From Diplonema japonicum (taxonomy: Eukaryota; Protista; Euglenozoa: Diplonemea), in the NCBI GenBank assembly GCA_964019335.1, contig OZ025666.1:310001-374000 (forward strand): a stretch of 64,000 nt of DNA, written 5' to 3'. Below the pieces are notes generated by a model that saw only the letters and a program-made list of their open reading frames with translations, was not told where the DNA came from and did no database searches. Shown here one piece after another: positions 32,501 through 41,562 of this stretch (the first letter of the stretch is position 1; each line of letters starts with the position of its first letter). The translations under genes were made by a program, and so were the position numbers.

Positions 32501-34848
32501 TTTGCAATACCACCAGAAACACTCCACGGTTGCCCTCTTCCCTTAAGTGGAGGTGATGACCACCAGACCCCTGGTTAGAGTCTTTGAGAAGGTCGATGTG
32601 GCGTGCATCGTGCATCGTCCCTCGCTATGCCTGCTGAGCGGACATGCCCAGGAGAGTACGTAAGGGGCGAGAGATGTGTGTGTGTGTGGTCCCTGCCACC
32701 AGACCCCTGGTCAGAGGTGAATGAGATATCGACAAGAGTCATCAGGAACTTGTGGCATGATGACAAACCATGTTTAGTGTAGTGCGCATCTGACACCCTC
32801 TCTTGCAGGTGGTGGTTGAGAATACATACATCGGTCTTGACTCGTTTATCAACTGACCTTCCCACCTGCTTTCTTCTTTTTTGGTTCCCAGAGAAGTTCC
32901 AACAAGCTTCAGAGTCTCCGCATGATGATCAGAGAATACAATCCAATGACTGCTGTTTCCATGAGAAGCCATCTTCGGTGACATAAATTGTTTCTTAAAA
33001 ATTTCAAAAAACTGACAAAAACACCAGAACAAGAAAGAAACTTTGAAATTCTAGCCTCCCTCTCTCTCTCTCTCTCTCTCCTTCCCTTGTTTTTATTTAC
33101 TTACTCACAAACACAAACCCCACAGACCGTGCAAAGCGACAAGAAGCTGCTGTCCTACAAGATTGTTCCAGGCTCAAACGGGCACCCGGATGTGAAGGTG
33201 CACTACAAGGGTGAGGACAGGCAGTACACTGCGGAAGAGGTCTCGTCGATGGTGTTGACGAAGATGAAGGGTATTGCCGAGGATTTCCTTGGGAAGGAGG
33301 TGAAGAACGCTGTGGTGACTGTGCCCGCCTACTTCAACGAGGCACAACGTCAGTCGACGAAGGACGCTGGTACGATCGCCGGTTTGAACGTGGTGCGCGT
33401 GATCAACGAGCCGACGGCTGCGGCCATTGCCTACGGGCTGGACAAGAGGGACGAGGGTGAGAAGAACATCCTCGTCTTCGACCTTGGTGGTGGTACCTTC
33501 GATGTGTCGCTCCTCCAGATCGACGACGGCTTCTTCGAGGTGATCGCCACCAATGGTGACACCCACTTGGGTGGTGAGGACTTCGACAACAGGATGGTAT
33601 GGTAAAGAAGAAAGAAAAGGAGGAAAAAAAAAAAAAAAAAAAACCCACCAATCCACACCACAGGTGAAGCACTTCTTGAAGGTGATCCAGAAGAAGCACG
33701 GGAGGGACCTGTCGAAGAACCAGAGGGCCCTCGCCCGTTTGAGGAAGGCCTGTGAGTCGGCGAAGCGTCAGCTCTCCACGCAGCCCGAGGCCCGTGTTGA
33801 GGTGGACGGGTTGGACGAGGGTCTGGACTTCTCGGAGAAGCTGAACCGTGCGAAGTTCGAGGAGCTGAACATGGACCTGTTCAAGGGTACCCTGAACCCC
33901 GTGAAGGCTGTGCTGGCGGACGGGAAGCTGAAGAAGGAGGAGGTGGACGAGATCGTGCTCGTGGGGGGGTCCACCCGTATCCCGAAGATCCAGAACCTCA
34001 TCAAGGACTTCTTCAACGGGAAGGAGCCCAACAAGGGGATCAACCCTGACGAGTCTGTTGCCTACGGTGCGACGGTGCAGGGGGCCGTGATGAGCGGGGA
34101 GGTGAACGAGATCCTCGTGGCGGACGTGGTGTCCCTGTCGCTGGGGATCGAGACCGCTGGGGGGGTGATGACGAAGCTCGTGGAGCGAAACACGCGGATC
34201 CCGACGAAGAAGGCGCAGACCTTCTCGACGTACCAGGACAACCAGCCCGGTGTGAACATCCAGGTCTTCGAGGGGGAGCGTTCGATGACGAAGGACAACA
34301 GGCTTCTCGGGAAGTTCGAGCTGTCGGGGATCCCTCCCGCCCCCCGTGGTGTGCCGCAGATCGAGGTGTCGTTCGAGGTTGACGCGAACGGGATCCTCAC
34401 CGTGGGGGCGGAGGACAAGGCGAGCAACAACAAGGAGGCGATCACGATCGCGAACGACAAGGGAAGGCTCAGCGAGGAGGAGATCGCGAAGATGGTTCGC
34501 GAGGCCGAGGAGTTCCAGGAGGAGGACAAGAAGCTGAAGGAGAGGGTGGAGGCGAAGAACACCCTTGAGTCGACCGCCTACAACCTGAAGAACCAGGTGA
34601 ACGACGACGAGAAGCTCGGCGGGAAGCTCGACGAGGACGACAAGACGGCGATCGAGGAGGCGGTGAAGGAGGCTCTTGACTGGTTGGACGAGAACCCGTC
34701 GGCCGACAAGGAGGAGTACGACGAGCAGCTCCAGAGCCTCCAGAGCATCACCAACCCCATCGTCTCCAAGGTCTACCAGCAGGGCGCCACTGAGGGCGGT
34801 GCTGGCGGCAGTGAGGACCAGGACATGGACGACTCTGACGAGCTCTGA
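29590..34848 (+). CDS. BiP: ER luminal Hsp70 (BiP/GRP78), copy 1. Exons 29590-29910, 33126-33596, 33664-34848
   Basis: Signal peptide, [25 protein letters not shown]-terminal SDEL; phase-0 GTATG..CAG introns of 3215 and 67 nt. Confidence 0.97.
30005..30095 (+). ncRNA. Box C/D snoRNA, double guide: 5.8S UUGmCAG (Gm75-equivalent) and SSU AAGAAmCG
   Basis: CCT-GTGATGA..CTGA-GG. D guide GCTTCTGCAATG and D' guide CTCTCGTTCTT place the D+5 nucleotide on sites recalled as conserved. Copies near 30996, 47749, 49159, 57516, 58504, 63392. Confidence 0.85.
30181..30247 (+). ncRNA. AGA-box snoRNA candidate, target unknown (~12 copies in the window)
   Basis: AGCATCCC..GGGAGGCT stem followed by G-AGA-CAC. 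Confidence 0.65.
30275..30343 (+). ncRNA. AGA-box pseudouridylation guide for LSU CAAACUU-Psi-A-AAUGG
   Basis: ACCTTC/GAAGGT stem; pocket CCATT + AAGTTTG; 14 nt to AGA. Confidence 0.75.
30397..30474 (+). ncRNA. Box C/D snoRNA targeting LSU GUAAmCUAUGAC (yeast Am2256-equivalent)
   Basis: ATGATGA at 30400; guide GTCATAGTTACT immediately before CTGA at 30469 is antisense to AGTAACTATGAC. Confidence 0.88.
30550..30617 (+). ncRNA. AGA-box snoRNA candidate, target unknown (~10 copies)
   Basis: CCCCGCA..TGTGGGG-C-AGA with upper stem AGGGA/TCCCT. Confidence 0.65.
30646..30716 (+). ncRNA. AGA-box pseudouridylation guide for SSU GU-Psi-G-GUGGAG (yeast Psi1290-equivalent); ~15 full copies
   Basis: ACCRG/CTGGT stem; pocket CACTCCAC + ACCA; 15 nt to AGA. 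Confidence 0.75.
30843..30948 (+). ncRNA. Box C/D snoRNA, double guide: SSU ACGAAmCGAGA and LSU UUGAmAGGCCGAA
   Basis: GG-A-ATGATGA..CTGA-CC; guides TCTCGTTCGT and TTCGGCCTTCAAG; copies near 47598, 49006, 51423, 58351, 63239. Confidence 0.85.
31540..31645 (+). ncRNA. Box C/D snoRNA; guides antisense to SSU AGGUGAAAU and GUGACGAAAA
   Basis: TGATGA..ATTTCACCT-CTGA..TTTTCGTCACA-CTGA. Confidence 0.75.
31675..31781 (+). ncRNA. Box C/D snoRNA targeting LSU UGUCmCC (yeast Cm2337-equivalent)
   Basis: GTGATGA at 31678; D' guide GTAGGTTGGGACAA-CTGA; terminal CTGA at 31775. Confidence 0.82.
31957..32064 (+). ncRNA. Box C/D snoRNA targeting SSU UCUGmGUGCCAGCAC (yeast Gm562-equivalent)
   Basis: ATGATGA at 31962; guide GTGCTGGCACCAGA + CAGA D'; CTGA at 32058. 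Confidence 0.82.
32209..32293 (+). ncRNA. Box C/D snoRNA targeting LSU CAAAmUGCCUCG (yeast Am2281-equivalent)
   Basis: CG-T-GTGATGA..CGAGGCATTTGT-CTGA..CTGA-CG. Confidence 0.85.
32371..32437 (+). ncRNA. AGA-box snoRNA candidate
   Basis: Perfect CGGGGTG/CACCCCG stem followed by C-AGA; upper stem CTGCTG/CAGCGG. Confidence 0.7.
32615..32677 (+). ncRNA. AGA-box snoRNA candidate
   Basis: TCGTCCCT/AGGGGCGA stem followed by G-AGA; copies near 35919, 47974, 50778, 60123. Confidence 0.65.
32754..32858 (+). ncRNA. Box C/D snoRNA; D' guide antisense to SSU GCGCACUACACU
   Basis: GG-C-ATGATGA..AGTGTAGTGCGCAT-CTGA..CTGA-CC. Confidence 0.78.
32919..33017 (+). ncRNA. Box C/D snoRNA candidate, guide uncertain
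   Basis: ATGATGA at 32922 and CTGA at 33012; ACAATCCA is antisense to LSU UGGAUUGU. Confidence 0.55.
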
Positions 34849-35039
34849 GCGAGTCGCGGTTCTTTTTTTTTTTTAAACAAAAAAGTAGATGTGTCCTTAA
34901 GTGGGGCTTTTTTGTCTTTTACTTTGAGTAACAATAACTATTCTAAAAAAAAAAACGAATAATAAATGAGAAACCATTCTTTCTTTTACCCTCTTCTCTT
35001 CTTTTCTTTTCAAGTCAAAAATCATCGCAAGCCGCCCCA

Positions 35040-35360
35040 ATGAGCACGCGCGCATCTCTCCGGATGGACAGATACACGACACTTGGCAGGACGCATGTAG
35101 AGCAGAACTCTACATCATCTTTGGATCTCTGATTTTACAAAGAAAGAAGCAAAACAAAAAAAAAAAAAGAAAACGAGTTTCGGTATTTTAAGCGATGTTC
35201 GTAACCTTCTCCTTTCTTTTTCTTATTCATTTGTAACCCTCACGAGTCCCTCCAATAAAGACGCGCGCATCTCTCCGGATGGACAGATACACGCCCATTG
35301 GACGGACGCATGTAGAGCAGAACTCTACATCGTCTTTGGATCTGTGATTTTACAAAGAAA
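35040..35360 (+). repeat. Two copies of a ~100-nt structured element 3' of BiP1 (third copy at 62559-62660, 3' of BiP2)
   Basis: CGCGCATCTCTCCGGATGGACAGATACACG..GGACGCATGTAGAGCAGAACTCTACAT..TTTTACAAAGA; hairpin ATGTAGAG/CTCTACAT. Confidence 0.7.
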
Positions 35361-35599
35361 AAGGCAAAACGAAGTAAAGAAGGTGTCAGAAGAAAATTAT
35401 TCTGGCTTAAGATTTACATAAGGACGATCTGCATTCTAGAACAGTTGTAGTGGTCCTTATGTTTTGTTTTGTTGTATTTGCTTCTGTTCAGTTTCAGTAA
35501 GAGCAAAAAAGAAAAAAAGAAAAAAAAAAAAGAAAAAAAAAGAGCAGCATTTTCCCAGGATTTTATACTGTGTGCACCACAAATGCTAGAAACCGACTT

Positions 35600-35634
<35 letters not shown>

Positions 35635-35754
35635 TAAGCTTCAAGGCTATTAAGAATCTCTTTCTGTTTTCTTTATCGCTTTCCTCTCTTCAATTTACCA
35701 GTTCTCTTCTATCTTGCATTTATTGAATTGATTTTCCTTCATGCTCATTTCACT

Positions 35755-36830
35755 TTTGTTCATGCTTCTGGTTGCAATGCTGAGGCTATGCGACACAATG
35801 ACGTTTACCCAAATACCAGAAACACTCCACGGTTGCCCTCTTCCCTTAAGTGGAGGTGATGACCACCAGACCCCTGGTTAGAGTCTTTGAGAAAGGTCGA
35901 TGTGGCGTGCATCGTGCATCGTCCCTCGCTATGCCTGCTGAGCGGACATGCCCAGGAGAGTACGTAAGGGGCGAGAGATGTGCTGTGGGCGATGCTCTGG
36001 TATGATCATCCCGCGGTGCCTGTCGGGCTGCATTTCGTGCTTGAGAGTGTACGTATGGGATGGGAGAGGGAGGGCCGGTGTGGGGGATTAAATATAGATA
36101 AGATTATACCAGAAACACTCCACGGTTGCCCTCTTCCCTTAAGTGGAGGTGATGACCACCAGACCCCTGGTTAGATGTTTTCCCCATGTGGGCACAGAAA
36201 GACAGAAGCATCCCATTCCTTCACGTTGTTTCCCAGTTAGTGAAAAGAAGCGGAAAGAGGGAGGCTGAGACACCCGCATTCAGGTTGATCATCCCGCGGT
36301 GCCTGTCAGGCTACATTTCGTGCTTGAGAGTGTACGTATGGGATGGGAGAGGGAAACCAGTGTGGGGATTAAATAAATAAGATACCGGACATGACTTTCC
36401 TGCCGTCGACTTTGGCGAACCTCCTGCCAACCACATTGGCTTTCCATGTCCTTGGGGATCACGTCAGTTTCTTCTTGACGGACGTGGCCTGGGACACCTC
36501 CAGGACGTACCTCTGAGACAGGGTGACGTCAGTGTCGCACGAGGCGAGCGCACATTCCAATTCGGCGGCGTTGCCGGTGGCGCTCCTGATCGCCCACCCC
36601 CTGACCGACACGACGCCGAGGTCGCCTGTAGTTCTATTTGACGGAAATCGCGTTGACTCCACTCCATCTGGTTTGAACCCCCCCGCATTTAAGGCAAGGG
36701 AATGAAGTAGTTAGTCTTGTTTATCCCTAGTCATTGTGGGGCAGATATGAATGCCGATTATCAGGCATCAAGTGCATAATGGTAAACCATGTTTAGTACA
36801 GTGTGCATCTGACACCCCGTCTCACAGGGT
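35755..36830 (+). ncRNA. Reshuffled, partly decayed snoRNA sub-cluster downstream of BiP1
   Basis: Copies of intronic modules near 35815, 35919, 36108, 36207, 36680, plus a new duplicated hairpin+AGA module (~36006, ~36288) and decayed C/D copies (~35758, ~36778). Confidence 0.75.
36388..36665 (-). mobile_element. Degenerate fragment resembling the N-terminus of a non-LTR retrotransposon APE endonuclease
   Basis: Minus-strand translation VRGWAIRSATGNAAELECALASCDTDVTLSQ resembles xxWNVRS...EL...L...xDVxxxQE; contains a stop; GC-rich island inside the snoRNA modules. Confidence 0.45.
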
Positions 36831-36923
36831 TCTACACGGAGAACATGAGACGCACAAATTAAAAAAGGAGGGATACAAATACACAATACACACGAGGGGA
36901 AGGAAGAAAAGAAAGTCGCAGCT

Positions 36924-37700
36924 ATGGAACTCTTTTGCAGAACGGCGGACAACGAGCTGCATTGTGTGGAGGTGGAGTACAACTGGACGGTACGGGACCT
37001 GAAGGAGGCCGTCCACAGAATAACGGGAATCAGTTTGGGAAACATAACCCTTCTGCATGAAGGCAACGAGCTGTCCGAAGACGACGAGGATGTGAGCATG
37101 CTGGGGGTGATAGCAGGGGACGTCGTGGAACTGGGAGAAAGCAAGAAAGAAGCGGCAAAACGGATTTTAAAAGAAATGGACACGAAAAGGTGCGTGGGCA
37201 GCATGTTACGCGCAGCAGAGACGGGCGATTTATATCTGATGAAAACGCTCAAAGCAGCGGGGATCAACCCAAACCAGCCTCATAAGAAAGACGGGACGAC
37301 TGCTTTGATGAAGGGTGTTGGCAGCCTCAGCATCGTGGAGTACCTGCTGCATGAAAAGGCTTCTGTCAACGCATGTGACGACCGTGGCAACACTCCTTTG
37401 ATGTTCGCCGTGTGGAGTGGGAACGTCTCAGTCGTACGGTGCCTCATCGAGTGCGGTGCTAGTGTTGAAGTCGTCAACGATGACGGCGACACCCCTGTCG
37501 TCTGGGCGGCCATGAATGGTCACATCTCCATTATGAAACTCCTCCAAACTTCAGGTGCTGCTGCTACCCGAGCTGCCACCGTCCACGCCATCGCCTTCCA
37601 TCAGCACGAAGCCGCCTCTCTCCTTAACATTGCCGCACCCACCACCATCACTACCAAGAGGAAGAAACAGTCGAGGATGAAAAGCATAGTTCCAAAGTAG
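36924..37700 (+). CDS. Ubiquitin-like domain + ankyrin-repeat protein
   Basis: TVRDLKEAV..TGI..L..EG.EL..D..LGV..GD UBL pattern; GTTALM, GNTPLMFA, GDTPV ankyrin repeats. Confidence 0.85.
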   Translation: MELFCRTADNELHCVEVEYNWTVRDLKEAVHRITGISLGNITLLHEGNELSEDDEDVSMLGVIAGDVVELGESKKEAAKRILKEMDTKRCVGSMLRAAETGDLYLMKTLKAAGINPNQPHKKDGTTALMKGVGSLSIVEYLLHEKASVNACDDRGNTPLMFAVWSGNVSVVRCLIECGASVEVVNDDGDTPVVWAAMNGHISIMKLLQTSGAAATRAATVHAIAFHQHEAASLLNIAAPTTITTKRKKQSRMKSIVPK

Positions 37701-37798
37701 AATTAAAGAAAATGTCCGAGGAAGTTTTCTTTTTGAGTTTTTTTTTTCTCTCCTCCCCTACATATTCTGCACAAGAAAAAGACGACCACAAGGAGAAC

Positions 37799-39067
37799 AT
37801 GTCCGAGATGGAGACAGACGGTGTCCCTATATCGCTCGACGTACTGCTGCACCCCACTGCGGTGGTCGGGCCTGATGAGATGAAGGATATAACGGTGCTT
37901 GTTCGGGAGGTCGCGGACAAAATGCTGACCATGTACTCACCCGGGAAGGATGTGCCATACTCACACGTGAAAGGGCTGCGCTTGGCGGTGAAAAGTATCA
38001 AGGTGGACGACGCGCTGGAGCAGGAGGTTGCGAAGTCTGCAGTGAGCACCGTGAATGTGAACATCGCAAAGCTTGCGAGCGACAGGTCGTACATCGAGGG
38101 CGCCGAGGACGTCTTCACCGAAGGCGGTTCGGAGGCAGCAGCGTGCGAAGTGACACCACTCCCGCACACCTCGCTGCTCGGGTTGTGGGAATCACTGTTT
38201 TACGACGAACCTGCACACGACAACATGCGCCACGCGAACTGGTGCGGCAGCGTCAAGCAGTCCCTGATATCGTATTGCAAGACCTCCCTGCTGTTCAGCG
38301 ATTACAAAGTAGACCCGTGCCTCATCACATGGAATAGGGTCTTGTTGTTCCACGGACCTCCAGGGACAGGCAAGACGTCACTTTGTAAAGCGGCTGCTCA
38401 AAAGCTGTCAGTTGCGTTGTCGGAGAGATACAGCACGTCGCAAATGGTGGAAATCAACACGCACTCGTTGTTTAGCAAGTGGTTCAGTGAGTCGGGGAAG
38501 CTGGTGATGAAACTGTTCGCGAGGGTGAAGGAGATGGCGGAGGACGGATCGTGTTTGGTGTTTCTTCTAATTGACGAGGTGGAATCGCTGGCGGCAGCAC
38601 GGAAGGCGGCCTTGTCGTCCAGCGAGCCGAGCGACTCGATCAGAGTAGTTAACGCGCTGCTCACACAGCTGGATGCCATGCGAGCGTACCCCAATGTCAT
38701 CACGCTGTGCACCAGCAACATCACAGAGGCCATCGACCTTGCCTTTGTCGACCGTGCCGACTACAAGCTTTTCCTCGGCAACCCCGGCTACAAGGCACGC
38801 CACCACATTATATCGTCCGCCATCGCAGAGCTCACAGGGAAAGACCTTCTCACAGGCCCTTCTCCAGCACTACAAGACCTTCATCCACTTATAGAACAGC
38901 TTGAATCCTGCTCGGGGCGCCTCCTCCGAAAGCTCCCTTTCCTTGCCTTCACCCAGCTCCCTGCTGCTACCCAAATGGGCGTACCCGTTGTTACCTTTAT
39001 CAAAGCAATGCGACAAGCTGCCGATAAGGAACTGCAAGACAGAAAAAACCTCTCTGAAGGGATGTAG
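37799..39067 (+). CDS. PCH2: Pachytene checkpoint 2 / TRIP13 AAA+ ATPase
   Basis: GLWESL, WNRVLLFHGPPGTGKTSLCKA, EINTHSLFSKWFSESGKLV, LIDEVESL, EPSDSIRVVNALLTQLD, IDLAFVDRAD. Confidence 0.95.
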   Translation: MSEMETDGVPISLDVLLHPTAVVGPDEMKDITVLVREVADKMLTMYSPGKDVPYSHVKGLRLAVKSIKVDDALEQEVAKSAVSTVNVNIAKLASDRSYIEGAEDVFTEGGSEAAACEVTPLPHTSLLGLWESLFYDEPAHDNMRHANWCGSVKQSLISYCKTSLLFSDYKVDPCLITWNRVLLFHGPPGTGKTSLCKAAAQKLSVALSERYSTSQMVEINTHSLFSKWFSESGKLVMKLFARVKEMAEDGSCLVFLLIDEVESLAAARKAALSSSEPSDSIRVVNALLTQLDAMRAYPNVITLCTSNITEAIDLAFVDRADYKLFLGNPGYKARHHIISSAIAELTGKDLLTGPSPALQDLHPLIEQLESCSGRLLRKLPFLAFTQLPAATQMGVPVVTFIKAMRQAADKELQDRKNLSEGM

Positions 39068-39296
39068 ACACGCACGCAACCACACACTCTCTCTCTTAAG
39101 CTTTTGCCATGAAAATAGCTGGCCATGTTGTCCTTTGGCGACGGTCGGTTTAAAAAAAGAAAAAGGAAAAAAAGGGGGGGTCTCAATTAGATAGAATTAT
39201 TAAAGTTTCTCGTTTTTAATGCAGTTGGTCCGATGGCGCTAGCTATTTTGTACAGAAGGATATTACGTCGAGAGAAGAAAAAAAAAGAAAAAAGAA

Positions 39297-41233
39297 ATGC
39301 ATATTGTTTACGTGGCGACGGACGTGTTCGGCTCCAAGCTGAACTATGAGCTGGAGTTCCCCATGCAGCCCACAGTGGCCGAGATGATTAGGGTATGCTA
39401 TTAGCTTTCTTTTGGGCCCATTCAAAAAAAAGTCACAATATTTTCTTTAAACAATGTTTTTTTCCACAGCAAATCGAGACAGTGTTCACCCAAGAGCAAA
39501 TGATGAGGAACCCGGGCACCACACCTTACAAGGTGGCAAAGCTCAATGTTGTCGACGAGGTGACAGAGGACTGGGTGGAGGTCCTTACACAGAGCCAACT
39601 GCGAAACTACTGCCAGGTTTACTCGTTCCAGCCCCACAGCACACAGCTTACGGAGTCTCAGGGACACATCCCCGCAGCTGTCAAGCCGCGTCACTTGCAG
39701 GGAGCCGGGGTTGCTATGGCTGCATCGCCCACGCCCCTCCCCCTACAGCCTGTGACACCCATTCACAATTATACAAGTACCGCTAGCATAGCCGCGTTGC
39801 AGCAGCCGGTTGCACCTGTCTCTCTCCCCGTACACCATTCTACCCCCGGCGTCGCTCAGGTTCGCCTCCTCCCACAGGATGCCTCCCACGACGAGAAGGT
39901 GCGAGCCTGTTTCGAAGGTCTTGACGCAAACGCCAACCGAGTCCTCGAGCTGGACGAGATGAAGCGCGGCTTCCAGATGTTCGGAATGGACTTCACACAG
40001 ACAACCGTCGACGACCTCTTCCGCAAAGGCGACAGGGACGGCGATGGCGTCATTTCTTTCCCTGAATGGCAGCGCTTTGCGGAACTGTACCCGACCATGC
40101 TGGACTCTCTGTACTACAGGCTCAAGTCGCATTGGGAGATTGTTGCCAGCAAAAACGAATTGGACCAGCTGGCAGGCATCGCTCCTCAGATCCAGGTATG
40201 CTGTCTCCTTTAATACATGTTGTGCAGGAACAAGAGCGAGCTGCAAAAGGTGCTTTCGACCAGTGCCAGCTTGACGCCGACGAGTCAGACAGAAGAGTCG
40301 AAGAGATGGTATGGAACTCGTCCTGTCAGCAACACTAATGCAGGACCGTGCCGTCGCCGATGCGCAGCACAGGCAGAGGCTAGCTGAGGAAGGTGCGAGA
40401 GAAATGGTATGTAGACAGCGCACGAAAACATGACCACCGCAACAGAGCCGTGATGTTGAAAGGGCGGAACAGAGGAGGCAGGAGTGCGACAGGCACATGG
40501 CAGGAGAGAGAGAGAGGGAGAGGCAGGCGGTCCTTGCTTCGCAACATGTATGTTATGTTTAGTAAGCAATAAATGTCAACAGTCGGCGAGGGATCTTGAC
40601 AATGCGCAGAGGAAACTTGCGCAGGTGCATTCTGCGATCTCAGAGGCAGAGGCGGCGGAGCGCAGGGCAGCACAGATGCTGGCCGATGCGCAGCGTGAGT
40701 TGCAAAGGCTGCGCGGTGTGGCTGACCAGGCGAATGCAGACGTCGCGATGGCGGCTGACAAGCACAACAAACTGGTGAACGATGTGCCTACCAGGGCACT
40801 GGAGGAACTCAACGCGAGAATGGCACAAGCAGAGGCGGATCTTGCCGCATCCGCTGCAAAAGAACAGGAAATGTTGGCTGCAGCACAAGCACAGGCACAA
40901 CAGACAAGGGACCTACAGAGGGCTCAAGAAGAGGCAGTGGGCAATGCTGCGCTCATCAGGGAACGCCAAGAGCCAGCCAGGCAGAGATGGATCCAAGTCC
41001 AGCGGCAGCTTGAAGATCACCAACGCGACCTCGCAAGCAAAGAAGGAGGCCTCGCACAAGAGATCTCTCAAAAGCGCCTCCTCCACAGTCAAGAGAAGAA
41101 CCTCGTCGAGGAAGAAGTCCGTCTCCGTGAGCAACGTGAGTCCCTTGAGGAGAAGGAAGGAGCTTTGCGACACGCCCACACATCCTTCTTCAAGCCTTCG
41201 AAATCCATCCAAAGACATCACAGCACTTTCTAA
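39297..41233 (+). CDS. BILBO1: BILBO1-like protein A. Exons 39297-39392, 39470-40195, 40228-40308, 40344-40406, 40446-40547, 40583-41233
   Basis: DVFGSKLNYELEFP..P..E, WVEV..QL..YCQ.Y.FQP..ESQ, two EF hands, YPT.LDSLYYR, coiled coil; five phase-0 GTATG introns. Confidence 0.85.
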
Positions 41234-41562
41234 ACATACTCTTGTCAATATCATCCTAACATGTGTGTCTCTTCTTTTTTTTTTTGTTTAGATCTATTAA
41301 AGGTATTCCTTATTTCTCCCCCCCCCCCTTCTATATCCCTGCCTTTTTTTTTTAGCGTTCACTTTTTCTGATGGCCCAATAATCTTTGTGTTATTCTTTG
41401 TTTTCTTTCTCTCTACGATTTCTTTTGTACCTTCTCGTCGTTCGTTTGTATTTCCCTCTTCACAACCCCATTGTCTTTTGTTCTCCCCCTCCCCCCCCCC
41501 CATTATATTGTTTGCTCGTGAGCCTCATCACAGTTCTTTTCTCAAAGCACACGTACACAACA

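Larger units (their letters stand above)
30005..33017 (+). ncRNA. Intronic polycistronic snoRNA cluster (box C/D + AGA-box) in BiP copy 1 intron 1
   Basis: About 9 distinct RTGATGA..CTGA modules and about 6-7 distinct hairpin+AGA modules, several with rRNA antisense guides (see individual entries). Confidence 0.9.

Noticed and set aside
32512-32582. High-copy AGA module as a spliced-leader (SLA1-like) guide because of CAGAAAC
   Set aside because: Only 7 nt, absent in CGGAAAC variants; pocket geometry fits an SSU site better
30005-33017. CRISPR-like or integron-like repeat-spacer array
   Set aside because: Repeats are ~70 nt, irregularly spaced, and the 'spacers' are themselves snoRNA-like; no cas or integrase gene; eukaryotic context
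30074-33032. Small repeated ORFs in the BiP intron and its copies
   Set aside because: Recur only because the ncRNA modules recur; no coding signature
35115-35145. U5 snRNA (TCTTTG..TTTTACAAAGA)
   Set aside because: Lacks the invariant GCCTTTTAC loop
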